In this document: positions 28,166 to 36,839 of the stretch, in pieces
Position numbering within the stretch: the first letter of the stretch is position 1
Layout: each line of letters opens with the position of its first letter
The notes under the pieces: model-generated
The model's input: the letters and a program-made list of their open reading frames with translations, nothing else
Told to the model about the DNA's origin: nothing
The model's database searches: none
DNA from: a virus
Taxonomy: Duplodnaviria > Caudoviricetes
Length of the DNA: 49,213 nt
IMG/VR virus record: IMGVR_UViG_3300005323_000008
Location: 1-49,213 of that record
Strand: one strand, 5' to 3'
Program-made: the position numbers and the translations under genes

Positions 28166-28549
28166 ATGGAAGTAATCACAAGCGTAAAATATTCAATTCG
28201 TCCCGTAACAAAATCAAATCTTAGTGTTTTTACAGAAAGCCCTTGCTTTTCGGAGGGAGATTAGTTGTATTTACAACCAGAATAAGAGAGGATGAAATGA
28301 TACCCGAAAGTGCTAAATTTATAATCCCGCAGTTAGCAGAGTATGGCATAGATACCCCTTTAAGGATATGCCATTTCTTACGAAAAACTTGAAGGAGAAG
28401 ATTGGAATTGTATTGCTCCGGCATCTTCTATTGAAGAAGCAAAAAGAGAAATTGTAAAATATGAGATAGAAGATATGGAAAGCCAAAATTTTTCTTTGTA
28501 TCGTGTAGGAGAGGAGTTAACTATAACTATCCATAAATCAGTAGAATAA
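28166..28549 (+). pseudogene. Small early gene interrupted by a 180-183 bp duplicated segment
   Basis: Removing 28199-28378 gives MEVITSVKYSIYEKLEGEDWNCIAPASSIEEAKREI...HKSVE* (67 aa) behind AAGGGAG; as assembled it stops at 28264. Confidence 0.8.
28198..28380 (+). repeat. 183-bp dispersed direct repeat, inserted copy
   Basis: Matches 44053-44235 with one mismatch (G28267 vs A44122). Confidence 0.97.
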
Positions 28550-28572
28550 TCATTTAACAAAGGGAGAATAAA

Positions 28573-28749
28573 ATGGAACTCACACAGGAAGAATCAACCA
28601 GATTGTCGAGTATGGTAAATAATAGAATAATAGAATTGAACATTTTGAAAGAGATGCGTGGATTTTCCGAAGACTATGAATCGGCGATTATATCAGAACT
28701 AAATTGCTTAAATGAATTATATAAAAAAATATGCGAGGCGATGAAATGA
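28573..28749 (+). CDS. 58-aa hypothetical protein
   Basis: AGGGAG RBS; MELTQEESTRLSSMV... Confidence 0.65.
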   Translation: MELTQEESTRLSSMVNNRIIELNILKEMRGFSEDYESAIISELNCLNELYKKICEAMK

Positions 28750-28831
28750 AATACACACTCATAAATTTGATAACAGATATTGCCCTTCTAATTGCGGGCA
28801 TTTTAATTGGAATAATAATAGGGGTAAACTT

Positions 28832-29101
28832 ATGAACGAGATTACTTGGATAACACCCAAAGGTAACATTGCCCTAAAATCAGAGGTTGCCGATGAAGTC
28901 GAAAGAGCTTGTGATAAATACGGGAAGGCATTTGATAAAAGCGATAAATTGCAAGTCCTTGATGAACTTTACGAGTGCCAGTTTGACTACTTTGAATTAG
29001 CCTTACTTATTGACGCTACTTGTGGGAGTATGTTACCGGACGGAGTGAAGCAAAAGGTAACAAATGCGATAACTACATTTAACACAATAAAAGAATTTTA
29101 G
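28832..29101 (+). CDS. Hypothetical protein
   Basis: 89-aa ORF with RBS. Confidence 0.7.
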   Translation: MNEITWITPKGNIALKSEVADEVERACDKYGKAFDKSDKLQVLDELYECQFDYFELALLIDATCGSMLPDGVKQKVTNAITTFNTIKEF

Positions 29102-29109
29102 GGGGCTTT

Positions 29110-29328
29110 ATGACAAAGAAAGATATGGAGCTTAGATATGAGGTTGATTTAAGAGATGCAAGGATTTGTTTAACTAAATGCCCATTTGGCGAACCAACAA
29201 ATATTAAAAGTCTGAGTTGCCAGTTATGTAAAAGTTATTACGGCACAAAAGAAGACAATAATATTATTCACTGTTATAGGCAGGGAGAACTAAAAGAACA
29301 ATTAAATAAAAATGGAGGATTAAAATGA
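29110..29328 (+). CDS. Cys-rich hypothetical protein
   Basis: C...CP....S..C..C....C pattern. Confidence 0.65.
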   Translation: MTKKDMELRYEVDLRDARICLTKCPFGEPTNIKSLSCQLCKSYYGTKEDNNIIHCYRQGELKEQLNKNGGLK

Positions 29329-29441
29329 ATCTAACTAAAAGCGAATTATACAACATTGTTAGGCAATATGACGAGATTATAATTTTAATTCTTGGCACAA
29401 AATGTTACAGACAAAAGTATTTATTAAACTAAGAGGTTGAA

Positions 29442-30137
29442 ATGGAAGAAAAGAAAGGAACGGAAATAATTAAACAAGGAATGGATATAGCAATCATATC
29501 CGAAGAAGCAAAAGAGAAATTAAGACTCTTTACAAGGAGATTGCACGAAGAACCCGCAAAAGAAGAAATTCAGACTAATCCGGCGGCGAATAATTCTCGA
29601 TATATCCCTATTTCGTTCTTAGAAATGAAATTAGATGAAATTTTTGAGGGACAATGGAGTGTTAAAAACTTTCAAAGCCGTACAATCGCCAATGAAGAAG
29701 TGGGCAGTTTAGAACTTTGGTTTTTGCACCCTGTTACAAACACTTGGCTTTGTCGTGTTGGTGCTGGTGCGGTAATGATTCAGTTTAAGCAAGGTTCTGA
29801 TATTGCGGACGGTTTAACTGCTAAAATCAAAAACACCCTTACAAAGGATTATCCACACTTAAAGGCTGAATGTTTTAGGAATGCCTGTTTGAGTATCGGC
29901 AAAATGTTTGGGCGTGATTTGAACCGCAAATTAAACGACCAATACAATCCGTTTGAAGAGCCGAAACCGATAGACCAGAAACTTGCTGATGAATTAGAAA
30001 AAAGATTGCTTGAATTTGATTCTTATAAGGATTTATATTCTAAAGCAAAAACGATTAGGGATGAATTTGTTAAAGAGGGCTTACCTATTGAATACTGCCG
30101 TACCGAAATAAGAAATAGGCTGGAGGTGATAAAATGA
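29442..30137 (+). CDS. Single-strand annealing protein (Rad52/Sak-like)
   Basis: RYIP....E.KLDEIF..QWS and KA.CFRNAC..IG..FGRDL motifs; next to exonuclease and SSB. Confidence 0.7.
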   Translation: MEEKKGTEIIKQGMDIAIISEEAKEKLRLFTRRLHEEPAKEEIQTNPAANNSRYIPISFLEMKLDEIFEGQWSVKNFQSRTIANEEVGSLELWFLHPVTNTWLCRVGAGAVMIQFKQGSDIADGLTAKIKNTLTKDYPHLKAECFRNACLSIGKMFGRDLNRKLNDQYNPFEEPKPIDQKLADELEKRLLEFDSYKDLYSKAKTIRDEFVKEGLPIEYCRTEIRNRLEVIK

Positions 30138-30847
30138 GACACTACAAAACAGAGGACGGAAAGCCGATTATTCATTCAACACAATTAAGCCTATATCAGA
30201 CTTGCCCTAAATCAAGGGAGTTGTCTGAATTATTCGAGAACGAAACAAGCGAAGCCATGCGTACCGGATTACTTGTGGAGGCGTATCTTTGGGGGTTTAA
30301 GGACGATAATCAAAAAGAACTTGAGGGTAGAAAACAAAAAGCTACTTTAGATAAACTGAAAGAATATGCAGAAATGCTTAAATCTTATTTTCCCGATAAA
30401 GGCGAATCTTTCAAAAGGATTTTTATTGATAAAGAACTTTTTGCTTGCGCTGTTGAATATGATTATTATTATGACGACCATATTTACGACCTAAAAACAA
30501 CATCAACAATATCAAATTCGAGTAATTTGGAAAGAGAGAACTTAATACAGCCGTTATTTTACGCATGGGTACATAACGAATATTTTGGTACAATCCCGAA
30601 CTTTACCTATATAATTCTGCCTTTAGATACCGAAATAATAAAACCGATAAACTTAGAAATCGGAGCTTACGACTTAACTTGGATTGAAAAAAAGATTTAT
30701 CAAATGGTTACAGACCCTTTCCACGATGTCAATTTAGGCGAACATTGCTTAAAGGGTAAATACGGTCAATGTAATTACTTGCTACATTGCGAAGAAGCAA
30801 AAAAGATATTAGCACAGGAAAAAACAATAATAGTCAATCAACTTTAA
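30134..30847 (+). CDS. PD-(D/E)XK exonuclease (RecB/Cas4-like)
   Basis: S.L..Y.TCP, D....YDLKT, Q...Y and three C-terminal cysteines. Confidence 0.8.
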   Translation: MRHYKTEDGKPIIHSTQLSLYQTCPKSRELSELFENETSEAMRTGLLVEAYLWGFKDDNQKELEGRKQKATLDKLKEYAEMLKSYFPDKGESFKRIFIDKELFACAVEYDYYYDDHIYDLKTTSTISNSSNLERENLIQPLFYAWVHNEYFGTIPNFTYIILPLDTEIIKPINLEIGAYDLTWIEKKIYQMVTDPFHDVNLGEHCLKGKYGQCNYLLHCEEAKKILAQEKTIIVNQL

Positions 30848-30861
30848 CAATAGGAGCTAAC

Positions 30862-31158
30862 ATGGCAGACACAAAATTTGTAGAAGGAATCATTGTAAAA
30901 GAACCTCACGGAAACGCACCAGCCTTCGTTATAGCCTCTTTGTCCTTTAAGGTGGAGGGAATTATCCCCTTCATCGAGAAACACGCTGTAAAGGGCTGGA
31001 TGAACGCCCAAATAAAAAAGAGCAAGGGCGGCAAACTGTATTTAGAGCTTAACGAGTGGAAACCGAAAAATAAACCATCTCAAAACAATTCGGCTTATGA
31101 AACAGAACACGAACAAATAGTGAACGATGCCGCCGATTCAGAAGATTTACCATTTTAA
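30862..31158 (+). CDS. SSB-like protein
   Basis: ATG 30862 behind AGGAG; SKGGKLY motif; acidic tail ending EDLPF. Confidence 0.65.
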   Translation: MADTKFVEGIIVKEPHGNAPAFVIASLSFKVEGIIPFIEKHAVKGWMNAQIKKSKGGKLYLELNEWKPKNKPSQNNSAYETEHEQIVNDAADSEDLPF

Positions 31159-31169
31159 CGGGAGAAACA

Positions 31170-31568
31170 ATGAAAGTAAACTGTAAATATCTAAACGGCG
31201 TTTTTAACCCGATTGAAGAAATGCAAAAGAAACCAACAGAGGGCGAAGTTTATTCATGCGAAATTAAGTTTGTAAGAAACTATCAATTTCATAAGAAGTT
31301 CTTTGCTCTTATAAAATTAGGTTGCGAAAATTCAAAGCACGTTATAATGCCGTTAGATATTTACAGGAAATATGCCTTAATTAAATCGGGATATTGTACT
31401 GTTTATGTTACCCCAAAAGGCAAGTTTGTTGAGGCGGATTCAATCTCTTTTGAGAAAATGACACAAGAAAAATTCGAGGAAGTTTACTCAAGGGTTTTAG
31501 ATTTTATCTTAATTGATACAGAGGCAACAAAAGAAGAAATACAAAATAATTTAATTAACTTTTTTTAG
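31170..31568 (+). CDS. DUF1367-like phage protein
   Basis: RNYQFHKKFFAL and SISF.KM.Q.KFE.VY motifs. Confidence 0.7.
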   Translation: MKVNCKYLNGVFNPIEEMQKKPTEGEVYSCEIKFVRNYQFHKKFFALIKLGCENSKHVIMPLDIYRKYALIKSGYCTVYVTPKGKFVEADSISFEKMTQEKFEEVYSRVLDFILIDTEATKEEIQNNLINFF

Positions 31569-31713
31569 TTTAACAAACATTTAGATTAGGAGAGAAAAAT
31601 GGTGTATCAAATAAGATTAAAACGTGGGGGCGTCCCTCTTATTTTTACTTTTTCCGATAAGAAGTACATAGTTGGCATAAATAAGTTTTATTACAAAAAG
31701 TTAAGGAGACAAA

Positions 31714-32451
31714 ATGAAAGTTGAAGTAATAACAAAAGTGCCGTTTTTTGGTCTATCTCAAGGTCAAAAAAATCAGAACACAGATGATAATCCCAAATAT
31801 TTTGCTTTCTTTTCGAAAGATGGTTCAAACCTTGCTTTGACCATAGAACAGATAAAAGAACGCAGTGATTTATTTGACATAAAAGAAATCTACACCCCAG
31901 AGGACGTGAAAGAGGGTAGTTATTGGATGGATAATAATAATAATATTTTTAGAATTGCCGAATACGATGGAACCGCCTCTACCAACTGGGAAATAACATG
32001 GGAATATATTGATGGGAGAAAAAACCACTCTATGAAAGCATATCCTCGCCTTACGGATGGGGCTTTTCGTATTGCCACCACCCCCGAAATCGAATCCGCT
32101 TTAATCAAAGAAGCGGAAAGGAGAGGATTTAAAATAGGCACAAAATATATTTCTGCTCGAACAGGGGGAGAAGCGACAATCAAACAACTACCCAAATATT
32201 ATGATAACTCTTATGGAATAGATAAAGATATGTTGACCGATGGATGGGGTGGGTGTATTTATTATCAAGGCAAATGGGCAGAAATAATCGAGCCGGAAAA
32301 AGAAGAAAAGAAAGAAAGCTCGATTCCTGAAATAATTAGAATGTTAGACGAAACAATTTCTTTTATTAACGACAAAAAAGCCAACGAAAAAGCAATTGAC
32401 GACCTTATTAAAGTACGTAGTTATCTTAAACTTAAAAACTTGGAGGCATAA
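31714..32451 (+). CDS. Hypothetical protein
   Basis: 245-aa ORF, AAGGAG RBS. Confidence 0.8.
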   Translation: MKVEVITKVPFFGLSQGQKNQNTDDNPKYFAFFSKDGSNLALTIEQIKERSDLFDIKEIYTPEDVKEGSYWMDNNNNIFRIAEYDGTASTNWEITWEYIDGRKNHSMKAYPRLTDGAFRIATTPEIESALIKEAERRGFKIGTKYISARTGGEATIKQLPKYYDNSYGIDKDMLTDGWGGCIYYQGKWAEIIEPEKEEKKESSIPEIIRMLDETISFINDKKANEKAIDDLIKVRSYLKLKNLEA

Positions 32452-32813
32452 TGGAACTGAATAAAAAGAATATGAAAGCGGTCTTTTTAACTTATGACCC
32501 ACCCCTTATTAGAGAGGAATTATGCGATTTCTTTAACAAAACAGACCGTCAAATCAGGAACGCAATTCACGAACTCCGCAAACAAGGTTGTCCGATTGCT
32601 CAGCACCCTGACGGCGGTTATGTTTGGGACAGGAAACTGTTTAAGAAAACAATGGAAGATTTACGCAAACGTGCAATAAGTATGCTATCTGTTTTACCCG
32701 CTTACGAACGCAGAAAGTTTAACAAGCAATATGAACTGTTATTTAAGAAACAAAACTATGCATTGCTTGATGAAGTTGATAATCCTTATCACAATATTCC
32801 GGAGGCTAAATGA
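32451..32813 (+). CDS. Winged-helix DNA-binding protein
   Basis: REEL......DRQIR..I.ELR..G.PI.....GY. Confidence 0.7.
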   Translation: MELNKKNMKAVFLTYDPPLIREELCDFFNKTDRQIRNAIHELRKQGCPIAQHPDGGYVWDRKLFKKTMEDLRKRAISMLSVLPAYERRKFNKQYELLFKKQNYALLDEVDNPYHNIPEAK

Positions 32814-32983
32814 AAGACATAAGCATTAAAGAGGCGTGTGCGATTAAAAGTTGTTCCCGCACTCATATTGATAACCACAAAAAAGAGCTTAATTGGAAAG
32901 GTACTCGTATTTGGGTTGACGCTAAGTTCAACCGTTTTGAGAAGAAAAAAGCAGGGAGGAAGCCCAATGAAACTTGTAAATAG
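32810..32983 (+). CDS. Small HTH-like protein
   Basis: Read manually: MKDISIKEACAIKSCSRTHI...AGRKP; GGAGG RBS. Confidence 0.55.
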   Translation: MKDISIKEACAIKSCSRTHIDNHKKELNWKGTRIWVDAKFNRFEKKKAGRKPNETCK

Positions 32984-33128
32984 CAAGGGGAAAGAAGTAG
33001 GTAAATATGAGATTGTTAAGCAAAGTCGGGAGATAAAAGGTTCAATAAAGTACAAACTTGATGGCTCAATGGAATTATACGATTCAAACGGTAAAAAATT
33101 AGAGACATTTAGAGAGGTGAAGAAATGA
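32967..33128 (+). CDS. Hypothetical protein
   Basis: Start re-assigned to ATG 32967 behind GGAGG. Confidence 0.6.
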   Translation: MKLVNSKGKEVGKYEIVKQSREIKGSIKYKLDGSMELYDSNGKKLETFREVKK

Positions 33129-33463
33129 AACCCATTACTTTAGACACACCGACCAAAACGGACTTTACAAATGCCTTTAATGAGTTAACTAAGTTTGGTT
33201 ATAATGTCAAGAACTTTAACAGCAAGCGCAAAATGGGAAGCGGTGCGGTCGGCTTTGTTGACCACATGATTACAGGAAACGGACACCTTGTTTTTGTAGA
33301 GGTTAAAATCGGTGCTGATAAATTACGTCCGGCGCAAAAAGACTTTGCAGAAAAAATAATGACAGTTGTTAATAAAAATAATACCGTTAAATATTGGCAA
33401 ATATCCAAATTAAGCGAAGCTATGGGAATTGTTGACTATTTAGCGGAGCATTGCAATGGATAG
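33125..33463 (+). CDS. VRR-NUC domain nuclease
   Basis: GFVD.....FVEVK...KLRPAQ..F. Confidence 0.8.
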   Translation: MKPITLDTPTKTDFTNAFNELTKFGYNVKNFNSKRKMGSGAVGFVDHMITGNGHLVFVEVKIGADKLRPAQKDFAEKIMTVVNKNNTVKYWQISKLSEAMGIVDYLAEHCNG

Positions 33464-33734
33464 AAAACTACTTAGAAACCGCTTAAAGTACCGGACTAAC
33501 CACGAATTTTTGGCATGGGCTAAAAGTGTATATCCTACTTTAGACCTTGACCATATTCTTGGTTCGAGAATTGGCAGAAAGGGTAAATTAAACGACTTAT
33601 TGGTTGCCCCAAAACAGCACGAACAACACATGAAAGACCACTCACTTGGCAGAGATTTCGATGAGGATTTAATTGATGCCATAGAGTTGGTTTTAGATTA
33701 TGTTGAATTTTTACAAAACGAATTAAAAAAATAA
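33456..33734 (+). CDS. DUF968/HNH-like protein (degenerate)
   Basis: FLAW.KS...DH......K.ND..VAP...HEQH...H. Confidence 0.5.
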   Translation: MDRKLLRNRLKYRTNHEFLAWAKSVYPTLDLDHILGSRIGRKGKLNDLLVAPKQHEQHMKDHSLGRDFDEDLIDAIELVLDYVEFLQNELKK

Positions 33735-33751
33735 TTTAACAGAGGTATAGA

Positions 33752-33961
33752 ATGAAAGCAATCAGCAAATGTAAATGGGAAGTAGAAATCATCGAGGACG
33801 GCAGAAAAATTGAATGGTTGGCGACAACAAATGATGAATCTTTTATTGAAGAATTGAGAAGTGATTATGAAGATTTTTTAATCTCCGATTCTGCTAAAAA
33901 AGATTTCATCGAATTTGCTGAGCTAAACGGAATCACCAACTATGAATTTGTGGAGGGGTAA
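33752..33961 (+). CDS. Hypothetical protein
   Basis: 69-aa ORF, GAGGT RBS. Confidence 0.7.
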   Translation: MKAISKCKWEVEIIEDGRKIEWLATTNDESFIEELRSDYEDFLISDSAKKDFIEFAELNGITNYEFVEG

Positions 33962-34056
33962 ATGAAAGAGATAATCATCAAAACAATTTTATTATTAATT
34001 GTTATTGGATTGTTGGTATTATTAACATTTATAGAACATTAATTTAGAGGCTAACC

Positions 34057-34257
34057 ATGAATAAGAAAGTGGAATATGTACTGCAATATTGGCAGGGAAT
34101 TGGTTGGTTCGATTATATTAAAACCCAAGATGTGACTCCCGAAAGTTTAGCAGAATTACAGGCTATGAAGTCGGCATATCTTGCGACCACAAAGGCGAAA
34201 CTTAAAATCGTATTACGACAAACAGTAACCACCATAACCGAAGAAGTAATAGAGTGA
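34057..34257 (+). CDS. Small protein of a local paralogue family
   Basis: 66 aa; similar pattern to 39110-39310. Confidence 0.7.
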   Translation: MNKKVEYVLQYWQGIGWFDYIKTQDVTPESLAELQAMKSAYLATTKAKLKIVLRQTVTTITEEVIE

Positions 34258-34264
34258 GGGAAAA

Positions 34265-34924
34265 ATGAAGTTCGATTACAGAAATATTGATTGCATGGTT
34301 GGCATGGCAGAGTACCCCGATAAATACTTTGACCTTGCAATAGTTGACCCGCCGTTTGGAATAAATATAACAAAAATATGGGGCAAAGCGGAGTTTGGGT
34401 ACAAAGAATGGGAAAAGAAAGAGTGGGACATAAGCGTTCCGTTAAACGATTATTTTGAAATGTTATTTATAAAATCTAAAAACCAAATTATATGGGGCGG
34501 TAATTATTTTCCCTTACCTCCATCGCAATGTTGGATAATATGGGATAAAGGTCAAAGAGATTTTACTCTTGCAGACGGAGAGATGGCGTGGACAAGTTTT
34601 AATAATTCATTAAGAATATTTGAATATTCGAGAGCTTTGGCGAACAAACAATTTCGCATTCACCCCACACAAAAACCCATTGCCCTATATAAATGGCTGT
34701 TAACCAACTATGCAAAGCAAGGGGATAAAATACTTGATACACACGTTGGCTCTGCAAGTTCGATAATTGCCTGTTTAGATTTGGGCTTTGAAGTAACAGG
34801 CTTTGAATTAGATGCGGACTATTACAAGGCATCAATGGAAAGAATTAACAAATATTTAAGCGAACCAAAACTTTTTAAGCCCGAAGAAATACCAACAAAA
34901 CAGGAAAATAATTTGTTTGAATAA
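34265..34924 (+). CDS. N6-adenine / N4-cytosine DNA methyltransferase (beta class)
   Basis: DPPF motif IV, HPTQKP, ILDTHVGSAS motif I, G.ELD..Y. Confidence 0.93.
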   Translation: MKFDYRNIDCMVGMAEYPDKYFDLAIVDPPFGINITKIWGKAEFGYKEWEKKEWDISVPLNDYFEMLFIKSKNQIIWGGNYFPLPPSQCWIIWDKGQRDFTLADGEMAWTSFNNSLRIFEYSRALANKQFRIHPTQKPIALYKWLLTNYAKQGDKILDTHVGSASSIIACLDLGFEVTGFELDADYYKASMERINKYLSEPKLFKPEEIPTKQENNLFE

Positions 34925-34928
34925 TCAC

Positions 34929-34957
34929 TTGCATATTAGCAAGGTTATTTGTAGATT
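34929..34957 (+). promoter_or_regulatory. Sigma70-type promoter of the replication operon
   Basis: TTGCAT-17 bp-TAGATT; the structured leader begins just downstream. Confidence 0.55.
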
Positions 34958-34962
34958 TACAA

Positions 34963-35207
34963 TGCACGATTTATTAGACAGGTAATTATGAAACTTAACT
35001 TAAAAAATAACAGCCCCTTTGGTACACGGTCAATCTTTTTGATTGCCTGTCAGGTCGTGCAAAACCTGTACCATTGGGGTTTTTTGTATTCAACAGGGGG
35101 AACGACACGACTCTCATATAAACTCTGGAAGTCTCGTTTGAGCGATGATGAATTTCGTCGGGGAAGACTTCATAAGTTCCCCCTTAATTTAAATCCAATT
35201 CAGGATT
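34963..35207 (+). ncRNA. Structured cis-regulatory leader RNA upstream of the replication initiator
   Basis: Multiple long complementary segments (see findings). Confidence 0.6.
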
Positions 35208-35209
35208 AA
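34988..35209 (+). CDS. Possible leader ORF over the structured RNA
   Basis: 73-aa ORF behind ACAGGT, ending 3 nt before the initiator start. Confidence 0.3.
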   Translation: MKLNLKNNSPFGTRSIFLIACQVVQNLYHWGFLYSTGGTTRLSYKLWKSRLSDDEFRRGRLHKFPLNLNPIQD

Positions 35210-35212
35210 ACG

Positions 35213-36295
35213 ATGGCTAAAAAACATGATTTACCCGCAATGCCTTTTTATGTAGGGGATTGGCTTAAAGCGCCTGATGTGCGGACACTAAGACCGGATT
35301 ATAGGGGCTTATATTTTGATATGCTTTGTTATATGTGGGAAAGTCCCGAAAGAGGTGTTATGGTTATGCACAATGGGAAACCTTTTTCAAAAGAATCTAT
35401 TGTAAAAATAGTAGGCTTGGATTGTGATAATTCTGGAAAATGGTTAGATGAAATTATTGAAATGGAAATAATTTCAATCCGAGAAGATGGTGCTATTTTT
35501 AGTAGGAAAATGGTGAAAGACGAACAAATCAGAGAAATAAGGACGATGGCGGGAAAAAAGGGGGGGCGAACCATCTCACACTTACAAGAAGGTTTTAAAC
35601 ACTTATATCTTTTTGAGGATTATACCAATAAAAGATATAAAATTGGGATAGCAAAAGACCCAACTGATAGACTCTACAAAATAAGATATAACACAAATAA
35701 TCCCAATATAGTAATAACAGCTTCTTATGAATTTGAAAATGCTGGGAGATTAGAAAGAGAGATACACAATCATTTTATTAATGAATTAGATGGGGAATGG
35801 TTAAGTCCATCCAAATTCCCCGATAAAACAATTATTGATTATTTTCATTCATTTTGCAGAGCAAAATTAAAAGCAAATACTCAAGCAAAAAGCCAAGCAA
35901 ACACTGAAAATGAAACTGTAAATGAAAATACTCTTTTAAAGAAAGGGGATTCTAAGGGGGAAACAAAAAAAGTTTTAAGTTATCCCGAATTAGAAGAGGT
36001 TAAAGAATACTTTGAAAGCATGAGTTTCCCTAAAGAAGAGGCTGAATCATTTTTTAATCATTATAGCTCTCAGGGATGGATTAAAACAAACGGCTTGCCT
36101 GTAAGCAAAACAGGCTGGAAAGCAACGGCTCAAATTTGGCATAAAAATCAAATTAAAAGAAATTTAGAAGAAAAGGAAAAGAAAAATGGAACTAAATCAG
36201 GCGCTGGAAGCTATCAGTCAAGGCTCGAATACAAACCAGACCTTAGCGATTACGACAAAAGGATTAAAGAACTTAAAGCACAGGGATTCGATTGA
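35213..36295 (+). CDS. Replication initiator (DUF1376/YdaU-like N-terminus) with inserted T5orf172/GIY-YIG-like domain
   Basis: PAMPFYVGDWL...R..Y..ML..MW; AGKKGG; YKIG.A.DP..RL...LE.EIH..F...GEW; P.LEEV..YF...FF.HY...GW...WKA. Confidence 0.8.
   Translation: MAKKHDLPAMPFYVGDWLKAPDVRTLRPDYRGLYFDMLCYMWESPERGVMVMHNGKPFSKESIVKIVGLDCDNSGKWLDEIIEMEIISIREDGAIFSRKMVKDEQIREIRTMAGKKGGRTISHLQEGFKHLYLFEDYTNKRYKIGIAKDPTDRLYKIRYNTNNPNIVITASYEFENAGRLEREIHNHFINELDGEWLSPSKFPDKTIIDYFHSFCRAKLKANTQAKSQANTENETVNENTLLKKGDSKGETKKVLSYPELEEVKEYFESMSFPKEEAESFFNHYSSQGWIKTNGLPVSKTGWKATAQIWHKNQIKRNLEEKEKKNGTKSGAGSYQSRLEYKPDLSDYDKRIKELKAQGFD
35859..35928 (+). repeat. Putative origin iterons inside the initiator gene
   Basis: (A/G)AGCAAA at 35859, 35871, 35883, 35895 (12-bp period), then four TGAAAA-like hexamers. 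Confidence 0.6.
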
Positions 36296-36839
36296 TGCTC
36301 TTGATTTAATCGGGGATAAAGTACAAGCGGAAGAAATTATTAAAGCCGAAAAAATACTCTCCCTTAATTACGGCGTTGATTACCCTAAAGAGAAGTTTTC
36401 TGTTTTGTGGGATATGATAAAAGAGGACGGTTGGACAAATGAGAGGCTTAAAGCTACCACCAAGAACTTTCTAAAGACAAAGAAGTTTGCTACATGGACG
36501 ATTGCCGATTGGTACGATTACGGCGTAAAACTTTATAGCTACTCAAAATATTTAGAAGAACTCAACAAAAAGGGTACGGCACTAAATAACGAAATTGAGT
36601 GGTTTAAGATTGACGGCGTGTCCTTTTGGCGGTACATTGATAACTTAGAACTGCCGGAACAACTAAAGAACTTCAAATCCAAGCCAAGCGAGGGAACGAT
36701 TCAGGAAATCCCAAGCGAGCCCGAAACAGGCGGATATGACTACATGAAGGAATTTAACCAGATTTACTTTAATGAAACAATCAGCGAACCACAAAGACAG
36801 AACTTAATTAGCAGATTAAATAAAAAGTTTAACGTATAG
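36186..36839 (+). CDS. Hypothetical replication-associated protein
   Basis: 217-aa ORF in the helicase-loader position; start uncertain. Confidence 0.6.
   Translation: MELNQALEAISQGSNTNQTLAITTKGLKNLKHRDSIDALDLIGDKVQAEEIIKAEKILSLNYGVDYPKEKFSVLWDMIKEDGWTNERLKATTKNFLKTKKFATWTIADWYDYGVKLYSYSKYLEELNKKGTALNNEIEWFKIDGVSFWRYIDNLELPEQLKNFKSKPSEGTIQEIPSEPETGGYDYMKEFNQIYFNETISEPQRQNLISRLNKKFNV

Noticed and set aside
27868-28560. Minus-strand ORFs 27868-28179, 28230-28424 and 28378-28560
   Set aside because: Antisense to RBS-led plus-strand genes and to the duplicated segment
30134-30847. CRISPR-Cas system (Cas4-like gene)
   Set aside because: No repeat-spacer array or other cas genes; the context is a phage recombination module
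33555-34095. GGTTCGA T-loop-like motifs suggesting tRNAs
   Set aside because: Inside coding sequence with no cloverleaf or acceptor stem
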